64,000 nt of DNA. Origin: Mycobacterium sp. Its GTDB lineage: Bacteria > Actinomycetota > Actinomycetes > Mycobacteriales > Mycobacteriaceae. The stretch is from assembly GCA_965229265.1 (NCBI GenBank), contig CBDDIY010000010.1:1974045-2038044 (forward strand). The letters run 5' to 3'. The translations under genes and the position numbers were made by a program. Positions 19,321 through 28,396 of the stretch are shown in pieces. The notes under the pieces are model-generated. The model made no database searches. It worked only from the letters and a program-made list of their open reading frames with translations, and had not been told where the DNA came from. Every line of letters starts with the position of its first letter. Position 1 is the first letter of the stretch.

Positions 19321-20095
19321 CCGCGAGGCTTCACCCACCGCACTGGCGTTCAACGACGTCAGTGCGGTGCGCGGTGGGCGGCTGATCTGGTCGCAGGCGA
19401 CGTTCACCGTTCCTGCCGGCGGCATCGTCGCGGTGATCGGTGCGAACGGCGCGGGCAAGACCACTCTCCTGCACCTGGTGCTCGGCCTGCTGCCGGTGGC
19501 ATCCGGCGATCTGAGGGTGTTCGGCCGCAAGCCGGGCGAGGACAACGACGGCATCGGTTACGTTCCCCAGCACTACGCGGCCACGGCCGGCGACGCCATC
19601 CGGGCCTCCGATGCGGTACTACTCGGGCTGACCGGCAACGGCTGGAGGCTCGGCCGGGCCACCAAGCAACAGCGGCGCCAGGTCGACGAGGCGCTGACCG
19701 CAGTCGAGGCGGACAGCTTTGCCCATGAACGGCTTTCGGCGCTGTCCGGCGGGCAGCGGCAGCGGGTCGCGATCGCCGAGGCACTGGTGTCTGCACCGCG
19801 GATGCTGATCCTCGACGAACCGCTGGCATCACTCGACCTGCGTAGCCAGCGTGAGATCGTCCTGCTGCTCGCACGCCTGCATCGCGACCTCGGCGTGACG
19901 ATCCTGCTCGTCGCCCACGACATCAATCCGCTGTTGCCGATTCTCGACAGCGCCATCTATCTGCTGGACGGTCATCCGCACTACGCGCCCATCGGCGAGG
20001 TGGTCGACGACAGGTTGCTGACCCATCTCTACGGCACGCCGATCCAGGTGGCGCATACACCGCAGGGCGAGTTGTACATGAGGAGCCAGCTATGA
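19307..20095 (+). CDS. znuC: Metal ABC transporter ATP-binding protein
   Basis: GANGAGKTT, GYVPQ, LSGGQRQR, ILDEPLASLD. Confidence 0.88.
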   Translation: MSQSDREASPTALAFNDVSAVRGGRLIWSQATFTVPAGGIVAVIGANGAGKTTLLHLVLGLLPVASGDLRVFGRKPGEDNDGIGYVPQHYAATAGDAIRASDAVLLGLTGNGWRLGRATKQQRRQVDEALTAVEADSFAHERLSALSGGQRQRVAIAEALVSAPRMLILDEPLASLDLRSQREIVLLLARLHRDLGVTILLVAHDINPLLPILDSAIYLLDGHPHYAPIGEVVDDRLLTHLYGTPIQVAHTPQGELYMRSQL

Positions 20096-21015
20096 CAACC
20101 ACGTTGGTGGCGATGGGTTACCAGGACAACTGGTGGGCAATCCTCACCTCACCGTTCATGCGAAACGCCATCACCGGCGGCACCATCGTCGCCCTGGCGG
20201 CCGGGTTGATCGGGTACTTCATCGTGGTCCGGCAGACCGCATTCGCCGCACACGCGCTGGCACACATCGGACTTCCCGGCGCCACCGGGGCAGTGCTACT
20301 CGGCATCCCGCCGGTGGTGGGCCTCGGCGTGTTCTGCCTGGGCGGCGCGTTCGTGATCGGCATTCTCGGCAAGCGGGCCACCGACCGCGACGTCGTCACC
20401 GGAACCACCCTGGCCTTCGCTACCGGGTTGGGGCTGTTCTTCAATTCGATGGCCACCAAGAGCTCCAACACCATGACCAACGTGCTGTTCGGCAATCTGC
20501 TGGCCATCTCCACCGACCAGTTGCTCACCTTCGCGGGACTGCTGCTCGCCCTTGCCCTGAGCGTCGGCGCGATGTACCACCCGCTGCTGTACAGCTCGGT
20601 CAATCCCCCGGTCGCCGAGGCCAAGGGTGTTCCGGTACGTGCGCTCTCGGTCGTCTTCATGGTGCTGCTGGCCCTGGCGGTGACAATGGCCGTTCAGGCC
20701 GTCGGAACCCTGCTGTTGTTCGCGCTGCTCATCACTCCCGCGGCGACGGCGATCACGCTCACGCCACGACCGGTCATCGCCATGGCGGTCTCGGCCGCCA
20801 TCAGCCTGCTGTCGGTCTGGGCCGGGCTCGTCGCCGCGGCGGTGTTCAACATGCCACCCAGCTTTCTGATCGTGAGTATCGCCTGCGGGATCTGGTTGAC
20901 GGTGTGGCCACTGAGCCGTCGGACGCGCCGGGTCGCTCGGCCCGATCCCCAAGTCGCGCCGAGTATTTCCTCCGCACCGACCACGTCGGGGACGCGGGCC
21001 GCTCCGACCGCATGA
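20092..21015 (+). CDS. znuB: Metal ABC transporter permease
   Basis: FAAHALAHIGLPG, LFGNLLAIS, QAVGTLLLFALLITPAATA (ABC-3 family). Confidence 0.88.
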   Translation: MTTTLVAMGYQDNWWAILTSPFMRNAITGGTIVALAAGLIGYFIVVRQTAFAAHALAHIGLPGATGAVLLGIPPVVGLGVFCLGGAFVIGILGKRATDRDVVTGTTLAFATGLGLFFNSMATKSSNTMTNVLFGNLLAISTDQLLTFAGLLLALALSVGAMYHPLLYSSVNPPVAEAKGVPVRALSVVFMVLLALAVTMAVQAVGTLLLFALLITPAATAITLTPRPVIAMAVSAAISLLSVWAGLVAAAVFNMPPSFLIVSIACGIWLTVWPLSRRTRRVARPDPQVAPSISSAPTTSGTRAAPTA

Positions 21016-21051
21016 TCGGCGGACCGGACGGTGCGCCGCGATCGTTGACGG

Positions 21052-22686
21052 TCAGTCCGTCGCCAGTACGACCTTGTAAGCGTCCTCGGCATAGCGTGCC
21101 CGGATCGTCTTCTTGTCGTACTTTCCGACACTGGTGCGCGGGACCTCGTCAACGAACGTCCAACGCTCCGGCAACCACCAGCGGACTACCTTGTCGGCCA
21201 AGAAATTCCGCAACTCCTGCGCCGTGACCTGAGCACCCTCCTGCACAACCACCGCGGCCAACGGGCGTTCCTGCCACCGGTCGTCCGGCACTCCGACCAC
21301 CGCTGCCTCCCGCACCGCCGGGTGCGCGATGAGCTGGTTCTCCAGGTCCACCGACGAGATCCACTCGCCGCCCGACTTGATGACGTCCTTGGCGCGGTCG
21401 GTCAGGGTGATGTATCCCTGCCCGTCGATGCGGCCCACGTCGCCGGTGCGCAGCCAGCCCGACTGGAATTTCGATTCGTCGGTGTTGCGGTAGTAGGACC
21501 CGGTGATCCACGGGCCGCGGACCTCCAGTTCGCCGACCGACTCACCGTCGGCGGGCAGCACCGCTCCCTCGTCGTCGACGATGCGGGCCTCCACGCCGCA
21601 CATCGGGCGGCCCTGCGTTCCGCGGATGTCCCACACCTTGTCCGCCGGTGTGTTTGGCGCGGGCCAGGCCAGCGTCGCCATCGGTGAGGTCTCAGTCATC
21701 CCCCACAACTGGCGGATCTGCACCCCGTATTTCTCTTCGAACGTCTTCATCAGCGAGACCGGCACCGCCGATCCGCCGCAGGCGACCAGCCGCAGCGACG
21801 AAATATCATGCCCCTGTTCATGATCCAGGTAGTTCATCACGTCGTTCCAGATGGTCGGCACCGCGCCGGCCACGGTGGGCCGCTGGGTTTCGATCAGGTT
21901 CACCAGCGACTTGGCATCCATGTAGCGGTCGGGCAGCACCATGTCAGCGCCGGCCATCAGCGCCGCGTACGGCAACCCCCAGGCATTGGCGTGGAACATC
22001 GGCACGATCGGAAACGCCTTGTCGGAGAAGCTCAGTCCCATGCCGTTACCGCTGCAGACGGCCATCGAATGCAGATAGCTGGACCGGTGCCCGTACACCA
22101 CGCCCTTTGGGTGGCCAGTGGTTCCGCTGGTATAACACATGGCGGCGGCCGAGTTCTCGTCGACATCGGGCCAATCGAAATCGTCCGATTCAGCGGCAGT
22201 GAGCTCGTCGTAGCGCAGCACCTTCTTGCCCGACTTCTCGAACGGGGCCAGGTCCCCGGAGCCGACCGCGATCACGGTGTGCACCGTCTCCATCCTCGGC
22301 AGCACCGGGGCCAGGATCGGCGCCAGCGACAGGTCGGCGATCACCACGCGGTCTTCGGCCTCATAGGCGACGAACTCGATCTGCTCGGGGAACAGCCTGA
22401 TGTTGAGCGTGTGCAGCACCGCACCCATCGAGGGCACCGCGACGTAGGCCTCCAGGTGCTCCTGGTTGTTCCACATGAAGGTGGCCACCCGGTCGTCACC
22501 CTCGACGCCGAGCCGGCGCAAGGCGTTGGCCAATCGCGCCGCCTGCCGGCCCACCTCGCGGTACGTCGCGTGCCGGTAACCACCGTCACCGGTCGCGGTG
22601 GTCACCGTTCGGTCGCCGTGAACGCTGACCGCATACCGGAGAATTGCCGAGACCGTCAATCCGAAGTCTTGCATCGTGCTCTGCAT
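21052..22686 (-). CDS. fadD14: Medium/long-chain fatty-acid-CoA ligase (FadD14-like)
   Basis: [58 protein letters not shown]. Confidence 0.88.
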   Translation of the reverse strand: MQSTMQDFGLTVSAILRYAVSVHGDRTVTTATGDGGYRHATYREVGRQAARLANALRRLGVEGDDRVATFMWNNQEHLEAYVAVPSMGAVLHTLNIRLFPEQIEFVAYEAEDRVVIADLSLAPILAPVLPRMETVHTVIAVGSGDLAPFEKSGKKVLRYDELTAAESDDFDWPDVDENSAAAMCYTSGTTGHPKGVVYGHRSSYLHSMAVCSGNGMGLSFSDKAFPIVPMFHANAWGLPYAALMAGADMVLPDRYMDAKSLVNLIETQRPTVAGAVPTIWNDVMNYLDHEQGHDISSLRLVACGGSAVPVSLMKTFEEKYGVQIRQLWGMTETSPMATLAWPAPNTPADKVWDIRGTQGRPMCGVEARIVDDEGAVLPADGESVGELEVRGPWITGSYYRNTDESKFQSGWLRTGDVGRIDGQGYITLTDRAKDVIKSGGEWISSVDLENQLIAHPAVREAAVVGVPDDRWQERPLAAVVVQEGAQVTAQELRNFLADKVVRWWLPERWTFVDEVPRTSVGKYDKKTIRARYAEDAYKVVLATD

Positions 22687-22784
22687 GGGGCCGAATGCTA
22701 TCGCGCACCGCCGGCGTAGATCCCCAGGATGCGCCAGCCGGTGGGCTCCCGGCGCCGAACTCGCCGGCATGCCATGCTCACCGG

Positions 22785-23120
22785 GTGAGCGTGCTCAAGT
22801 CGATCATCTTGTTCGTCGCCGCGGCGTTCCTCGAGATCGGGGGCGCCTGGCTGGTGTGGCAGGGGGTGCGCGAACACCGCGGTTGGCTGTGGGCCGGATT
22901 CGGTGTAATCGCCTTGGGGACTTACGGATTCGTCGCCACGCTGCAGCCAGATGCGAACTTCGGCCGGATCTTGGCCGCCTACGGTGGGGTGTTCGTCGCC
23001 GGATCTCTGCTATGGGGAATGGCCGCGGACGGATTTCGCCCCGACCGCTGGGATGTCATCGGCTCGGCAATCTGCCTGGCCGGGGTGGCATTGATCATGT
23101 ACGCCCCGCGTCGGGGGTGA
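22785..23120 (+). CDS. ynfA: YnfA/UPF0060 small membrane protein
   Basis: [45 protein letters not shown]. Confidence 0.9.
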   Translation: MSVLKSIILFVAAAFLEIGGAWLVWQGVREHRGWLWAGFGVIALGTYGFVATLQPDANFGRILAAYGGVFVAGSLLWGMAADGFRPDRWDVIGSAICLAGVALIMYAPRRG

Positions 23121-23126
23121 ACGCAG

Positions 23127-23161
23127 ACGAGCCCGACCGGATACACCGGCCGGGCTCGTTG
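23127..23161. terminator. Bidirectional hairpin terminator between ynfA and the CsbD-like gene
   Basis: ACGAGCCCG-A-CCGG / CCGG-C-CGGGCTCGT stem between convergent genes. Confidence 0.6.
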
Positions 23162-23168
23162 CTGGTCG

Positions 23169-23402
23169 CTACTGGTGCGACTCTTGGCGCTTCTCTTGAA
23201 CCTTGGCCTCGCCGCGAGCCTTCTCGGCTTCGGCTTCCTTGGCCGCCGCGTCACGCTGAGCTTCGGCCTTGTCCTGCTGAGCCTTGCCCTCTTCGGTGAG
23301 GTCGCCTCGACCGGTCACCGTGCCCACGGCCTCCTTGGCCTTGCCCTTGACGTCCTCGACGACGCCCTTGATGCCCTCTGCGGGTCCGCTGTTCTCTCCC
23401 AT
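23169..23402 (-). CDS. CsbD-like / microaggregate-binding protein 1
   Basis: GPAEGIKGVVEDVKGKAKEAVGTVTGRGDL..EG.AQQDKA pattern; GAGGAGG RBS. Confidence 0.85.
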   Translation of the reverse strand: MGENSGPAEGIKGVVEDVKGKAKEAVGTVTGRGDLTEEGKAQQDKAEAQRDAAAKEAEAEKARGEAKVQEKRQESHQ

Positions 23403-23534
23403 GGGTCCTCCTCGAGAATGTGATTGCTGTGCAGGATGGGGCACCTGATGCGCCCTGACATCCCCGTTCGGTGGGCGATCGCATCAGCAGAGATCTGCAA
23501 CGACCCGGCTGCCTCAGCCGCCCACGCGCAGTGG

Positions 23535-23559
23535 ATTCCCTCTGGTGCGGTGAGTAAAC
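23535..23559 (-). promoter_or_regulatory. Candidate SigF promoter for the CsbD-like gene
   Basis: Minus strand GTTT-N15-GGGAAT, close to the mycobacterial SigF consensus GTTT-N15-17-GGGTA. Confidence 0.45.
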
Positions 23560-23725
23560 ATGTTCGGCACGAAAGCAATTCGTTGCGGCCCGGGCGATGG
23601 CTGGACCAGGGCCGACACCCGGGGGTTCCGCTTGGGGCGAAACCGCCGACGCGCGACGGAACGTTTTCCCGCGCGACGGCGATGTACCTGGAGGATCATT
23701 GGGTCGGAAACGAGGAGGCGCGGTT

Positions 23726-24040
23726 ATGCGGACCGCATGGACGCTTGCCGCGATGGCGGCAATAGGTGGCATCATCGCGGGGCCTGCTGCGACGGCGTGG
23801 GCCGACGATTCGGCACAGAGCACGATCAACCAGCTGCAGCAGCAGGGCTACACCGTCAACATCGACCGCGTCGGAACCGGTCCCATGTCGAAGTGCGTGG
23901 TCACCAGTGTGCGCAATCCACAGACCGTGACCCAGTGGGTGCCCTACGTGGGTCCTGGACGCGGGAACGACCGCACCATTCTGGTTCCGGTGGTGACCAG
24001 CCAAACGATCTCGGTGTCGCTGGACTGCACCGGCCGCTAG
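23726..24040 (+). CDS. Small secreted mycobacterial protein
   Basis: Signal peptide ending AWA-D; SAQSTINQLQQQGYTVNIDR, two Cys; GAGGAGG RBS. Confidence 0.75.
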   Translation: MRTAWTLAAMAAIGGIIAGPAATAWADDSAQSTINQLQQQGYTVNIDRVGTGPMSKCVVTSVRNPQTVTQWVPYVGPGRGNDRTILVPVVTSQTISVSLDCTGR

Positions 24041-24043
24041 CGC

Positions 24044-24433
24044 TCAACCGGCGAGGTCGACGCGGATGGTGAGCAGGTTGTCCCCCATCGCGCGCACCGC
24101 CGCGCTGTTCATCCGGGGAAGGGAAGCCAGCCGGGCCTTCGCATCGTCGTCGGGCAACAGGGTTGCGATGCCGTCGCGCCAACGACCGCCGACGCGCACC
24201 CGCACCCGAGGGTCGGCCGCAATGTTGCGGACGTACTGCGATCGCGTACCGAACTCGGAGACCAGCCAGAAGCAGTTGCCTTCCAGCCGGCCGCCGATCG
24301 GGGTACGGCGCGGTTGCCCGGACTTTCGCCCGGTTGTCTCCAGGAGGGTCTGGATCGGGACGGCCCGCATCAGCGGATTGGCAAACCGGCGCTGGATGAA
24401 GGTGACGACGCGCTGCCGCGCAGTTGTGGCCAT
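24044..24433 (-). CDS. F420-dependent (deazaflavin) nitroreductase-family protein
   Basis: LLETTGRKSGQPRRTP, YVRNIAADPRVRV motifs. Confidence 0.85.
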   Translation of the reverse strand: MATTARQRVVTFIQRRFANPLMRAVPIQTLLETTGRKSGQPRRTPIGGRLEGNCFWLVSEFGTRSQYVRNIAADPRVRVRVGGRWRDGIATLLPDDDAKARLASLPRMNSAAVRAMGDNLLTIRVDLAG

Positions 24434-24456
24434 CACGCGATGGTGCAGGCCGCGGG

Positions 24457-25584
24457 TCAGGACGCCGCGGCGGTCAGCTGTGCGCGTTTCGCCGTCGTCT
24501 CGATCCGCAGCGCGGTGATTCCGCCGGCGTAGTCGGCCACGTACAGCCGGTCCCGCACCGGGTCGGCCGCCAGGCAGGACAGCTCGGGGCCCAGGACAAT
24601 GCTGTCGACGATCTCCGAGGTAGCGGTGCACAGGACGGCGATCTCATCGCGGTCCACGACGTAGGCGCATTCCCCGCGGCGGCTGAGCACCAGCTGGGTG
24701 GGCATGCCGCCGACCCCGATGGTGTCGGTGAGCCGTCCACCGGCGACGTCGATCACGTGGATGGCGCCGCCGAACTCGGCATCCCAGCCGGTCGCAAAGA
24801 CGGTACGCCCGTGCGCCGCCACGGCGATATCGCCGATCGAACCGGTGATCGCGACGGTGCGCTCGACGCGGCGAGTCCGGGCGTCGACGATCGCCAGCGC
24901 GGCGCCGGCGGGGGCGACCAGCGCGGCGAACAGGCGGGTTCCGTCGGCGCTGATGCGCAGCGCCACGACGGAGGCTCCCGGCGCGGCCGGGATCGCGATC
25001 GCGGTGATATCGCCGGACTCGATGTCGATGGCGGCGATATCGACGTCGTCCTCGCCGGTGCGTGCGACATAAAGCACGTCACCGGCCGGGCTCACGGCCA
25101 GGCCACCGGTGGTCATGTCGAACTTCTTGGCTGCCAGCGGGACACCGGTACGGGTGTCGACCGCCACGACGGCGTCCTCGTCATCGGAGGCCGCGCTGAC
25201 GTAGGCGCGCCCGGCCACGACCACGGCGCCTGGCGCGCTGATTCCGTCGATGGTGGCAGACAGCGACAGCGTGGCGGTGTCGATGAGGCACACCACGTCG
25301 GCGCCGTTGTGAGCGGTGACGAGGTAGCGACCGTCGGGGCTGACAGCCATATCAGTGACGGGTCCGTGCCCGGCGGCGAGCGTCCCAATGGCGGCGACGA
25401 CGGGTGCTGCGATCGGCTCGGTCAGCGGCTCCAGTGCGAGGCCACCGAGCAGCTGCGGCAGCAGGTCGCCGATGGGGGCGCGCCGAATCGTCGGCAGCGA
25501 CGACAACCACAGGGAGTGGGCAGCAGCGACCCGCTCGGCGACCGCAACACCGGCACCTTCCGTAACTCCTGTTGTGTTTGCCAT
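24457..25584 (-). CDS. YncE/YVTN beta-propeller protein (Rv1057-like)
   Basis: Repeated AVSPDG..L.V / ISADG.RLF / RLYVADY blades; synteny with fadD14 and DUF427. Confidence 0.8.
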   Translation of the reverse strand: MANTTGVTEGAGVAVAERVAAAHSLWLSSLPTIRRAPIGDLLPQLLGGLALEPLTEPIAAPVVAAIGTLAAGHGPVTDMAVSPDGRYLVTAHNGADVVCLIDTATLSLSATIDGISAPGAVVVAGRAYVSAASDDEDAVVAVDTRTGVPLAAKKFDMTTGGLAVSPAGDVLYVARTGEDDVDIAAIDIESGDITAIAIPAAPGASVVALRISADGTRLFAALVAPAGAALAIVDARTRRVERTVAITGSIGDIAVAAHGRTVFATGWDAEFGGAIHVIDVAGGRLTDTIGVGGMPTQLVLSRRGECAYVVDRDEIAVLCTATSEIVDSIVLGPELSCLAADPVRDRLYVADYAGGITALRIETTAKRAQLTAAAS

Positions 25585-26030
25585 GGTCTCGCACCTCCGT
25601 CGGCCTGGATTCAGCCGAGCTTTGTCTTGAGTCGTTTCGCGTTACCTGGCGGTAACGGTCCTCGTCGAGTGTAGCGAGCCAATTCACGGAGAATTAGCGG
25701 CTTTTCAGAACCCAATTGGCAACTGCGCCCGTTGTCTCAGCCAGCCCTAAGGTGCGACCGTTATCAATTCGTTGCATTAGCGTGAAGCCGGCCGTGAAAT
25801 GCGCGTTGACGTGCGGTGATGCCAATTATCAAGATCACGATAAGATCCGGCGTTAAGCTGGGCTGCTGAGAAATTCTTACCGCACCAAGGGCAAAAGAGG
25901 CACAAATCACAATGCCTCAGTAGCGTCTAAATTATTAAGGAAATCCCTTAAATTAGGGCGATGCGCGGCACCCTGAATTCCGGCGGTGCGTCCCGATAGT
26001 GATCTTGAGCACGGCCAAGTTCGCTGATCG
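25585..26030. promoter_or_regulatory. Long AT-rich upstream region with OmpR-type tandem boxes
   Basis: TCTCAG-N5-CCTAAG (25735-25751, MprA-like), ATCAAG-N5-GATAAG near 25829-25845, inverted TTAAGG-N5-CCTTAA (25935-25951). Confidence 0.5.
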
Positions 26031-26275
26031 GCGGTGTTAGCGAGAGGGTCTCAACAATTCGCCAGTGGTCCACATCACAGCATCCGTTCGACGGTTTCGC
26101 GACTGCGCACCGGATCGCTGCCTCCCACGCAGGCCGGATGGCCAGTCGTAGAACGTCGCCTCCTGCGGGACACGGGGATTGTTCATCAGATGATGGCCGG
26201 TGGACAGTGCCGCGCCGCGTCCGAGCTGGCCCAGCAGTGGTCGTCCGGAACTGCTGCTGCCGAGGTGTGTGCGCG

Positions 26276-27508
26276 CTACTTCGACGGCGCGGCCCACACC
26301 GCGGCGATCCCGGCGACGATGTTGAGCACCAGGATGGTGATGATCGGACCCACGACCGCGGCGTTCTGCGCGACCGCCCCCAAGGCCGCGCCGAGCACCG
26401 ACGATTCGACGGCGATCAACAGCGACCCGAACCCGAGCAGGGTGGCCCGGTGATGCTCGGCGGCGAAGGCGCCGACCCAGGCCAAGCCCGCACTGAAGAT
26501 CGCCTGGTTGGCCATCGTCGCCAGGATGAACACGATGCCGTAGATCCAGATGTGGTTCAGGTCGTCGCGGTACTCCATGACCACGCACACCGCCGCCGCC
26601 GCGGTGCCCAGCAGAGCGCTGTTGACGAGCATTCCGCGCACGCCCAGATAGCGGCTGACGAAGCGCCAGAACAGCGAGCCGGCCACCATGCCGATGCTTG
26701 ACGAGATCACCAGCACATGCAGGCTTCCCGCGGTATCGCTGTGGTTGACCGATGCGTGGATGCTGTAGAACGACGTGCCCAAACTGACCGGGACGAACAG
26801 CAATTGGATCAGAGCGTAGCGGCGGAACCACGCTTGCGACCGCGCCGCGCGGATCCCGTCGCGGTAGGTGTCGCGGAACGTCACCCTGGTCTCGGCCGAA
26901 GCGGGCACCGGCCCGATGAACACTGCGGCGATCGCCGCGGCGAGCAGTCCGGACGAGCCCAGCCAAAGCAGGTCGACGTGGCTGTGCTGCGGGTCGCGCT
27001 GCGCCAAGAACGGCAGCAGCACCAGGGTGGTCGCGATGGCGCCGATGGCGCCGATGGCCCCCTGGGTCAGCACCAGATCGCTGCGGCGATGGTCCTCGAG
27101 TTTGCTCGAAACGACCTCGGAGTAGGCGACTTTGGAGATTCCGGACACGACGCCGCTGGCCAGCGATACCGACAGGAAGATGCCGGCGATGAACAGCCGG
27201 GTCCAGGCCGAGACGGCGCTGACGACCACCAGCGTAGCCATCAGGCCGGTGGTGACGGCGATGACCAAATGCTTGAGCTGACGGGCCCGCTGCAGCACGT
27301 AGGGCGACAACGAGTTGCCGGCCACGATGCCGACGCTGTAGGCGGGATAGAGCAGACCGGCCGCCCAGTAGTAGCCCTCCTGGGCGCAGATGAACGGCAA
27401 CACCACCGACACGTTGGCCAGCTGTGTGCCGGTGGTGTAGAGCGTGCCCTGCGCCAGCAGCACGCGATAGGCACGACCCGGCTCGTGCTCAGCTGTCACA
27501 TCGGACAT
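26276..27508 (-). CDS. MFS-type transporter
   Basis: About 12 hydrophobic helices, 410 aa, two-halves organisation. Confidence 0.75.
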   Translation of the reverse strand: MSDVTAEHEPGRAYRVLLAQGTLYTTGTQLANVSVVLPFICAQEGYYWAAGLLYPAYSVGIVAGNSLSPYVLQRARQLKHLVIAVTTGLMATLVVVSAVSAWTRLFIAGIFLSVSLASGVVSGISKVAYSEVVSSKLEDHRRSDLVLTQGAIGAIGAIATTLVLLPFLAQRDPQHSHVDLLWLGSSGLLAAAIAAVFIGPVPASAETRVTFRDTYRDGIRAARSQAWFRRYALIQLLFVPVSLGTSFYSIHASVNHSDTAGSLHVLVISSSIGMVAGSLFWRFVSRYLGVRGMLVNSALLGTAAAAVCVVMEYRDDLNHIWIYGIVFILATMANQAIFSAGLAWVGAFAAEHHRATLLGFGSLLIAVESSVLGAALGAVAQNAAVVGPIITILVLNIVAGIAAVWAAPSK

Positions 27509-27629
27509 TCGCCCCTCATCGCCGCAGGATTATGTCGAGCGGACGGTATACCGGCCGGCCGGGCCGAACCCCCGCGACGGCCTCCGGCGGGCAATAGTCT
27601 TGTCCACGATCTGACCGAGGAGCACGCCG

Positions 27630-28277
27630 ATGAACCCAGAGGACGATCCGGAAAAGCGGATCCAGGAACTCGAGCGACCCCTGACCGACCTGGCCCACAC
27701 CACCGAACTGGGCACCGGTACCACCCCGAGCGGCTGGGCAGCACCGTCCCCGCCCCCGCCCTCGCCCTCGCCCGGGATGCGCATCGGCTGGATTGTTCTG
27801 GCACTGATGGTCGTTGGGCTGCTGGTCGGCGGCGGGGCAATCGTGGCCACCAACCTGTTCACAACCACCCGCTCGTCGTCGGGCACGCCGACGACGCCCG
27901 GTATCTCCGGCGGCGGCGGACCGTTCACTCCGACCAGCCGCCCCTCCGAACCCACCCCGGCACTCCCGGAGCAGCCGTCCACGTCGGCAGCCACTGTGCA
28001 GACCGCGCCCCCAGGTGGTGACATCAGTGTGGCGGGGATCAACCAGGACAAGACGATCGCCTGCAACGACAGCGTCGTCAGCGTCAGCGGAATGGACAAC
28101 ACCGTGGTGCTCACCGGTCGCTGCCGTCGGCTCACGGTGTCCGGGATGAACAACGTGGTAATCGTCGACGCTGCCGACACCATCGACGCCTCCGGGATGG
28201 ACAACAAGGTCACGTTCCACTCAGGCTCGCCGGAGGTCAGTAAGTCGGGGTTCTCCAACACTGTCGAGCAGGGCTGA
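27630..28277 (+). CDS. Membrane-anchored DUF3060 protein
   Basis: DDPEKRI.ELERPL start, one TM, Pro/Thr linker, C-terminal repeats SVSGMDNTV / TVSGMNNVV / DASGMDNKV. Confidence 0.8.
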   Translation: MNPEDDPEKRIQELERPLTDLAHTTELGTGTTPSGWAAPSPPPPSPSPGMRIGWIVLALMVVGLLVGGGAIVATNLFTTTRSSSGTPTTPGISGGGGPFTPTSRPSEPTPALPEQPSTSAATVQTAPPGGDISVAGINQDKTIACNDSVVSVSGMDNTVVLTGRCRRLTVSGMNNVVIVDAADTIDASGMDNKVTFHSGSPEVSKSGFSNTVEQG

Positions 28278-28396
28278 GGATCGCACTCGACGTGCGGTCG
28301 CGGACGGCACGGTGGCGAAAATCTAGCAAAGATCCATGCCGGCGACCGCTCGGCGCGTTAAGTTTCCCTCACGTCAACACCGACATGGGGGAGCTA

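Noticed and set aside
26037-26275. Possible frameshifted C-terminal extension of the MFS gene in the -1 frame
   Set aside because: The MFS ends cleanly after its last helix, and the alternative-frame tail has no recognisable motif or coding-like codon bias.
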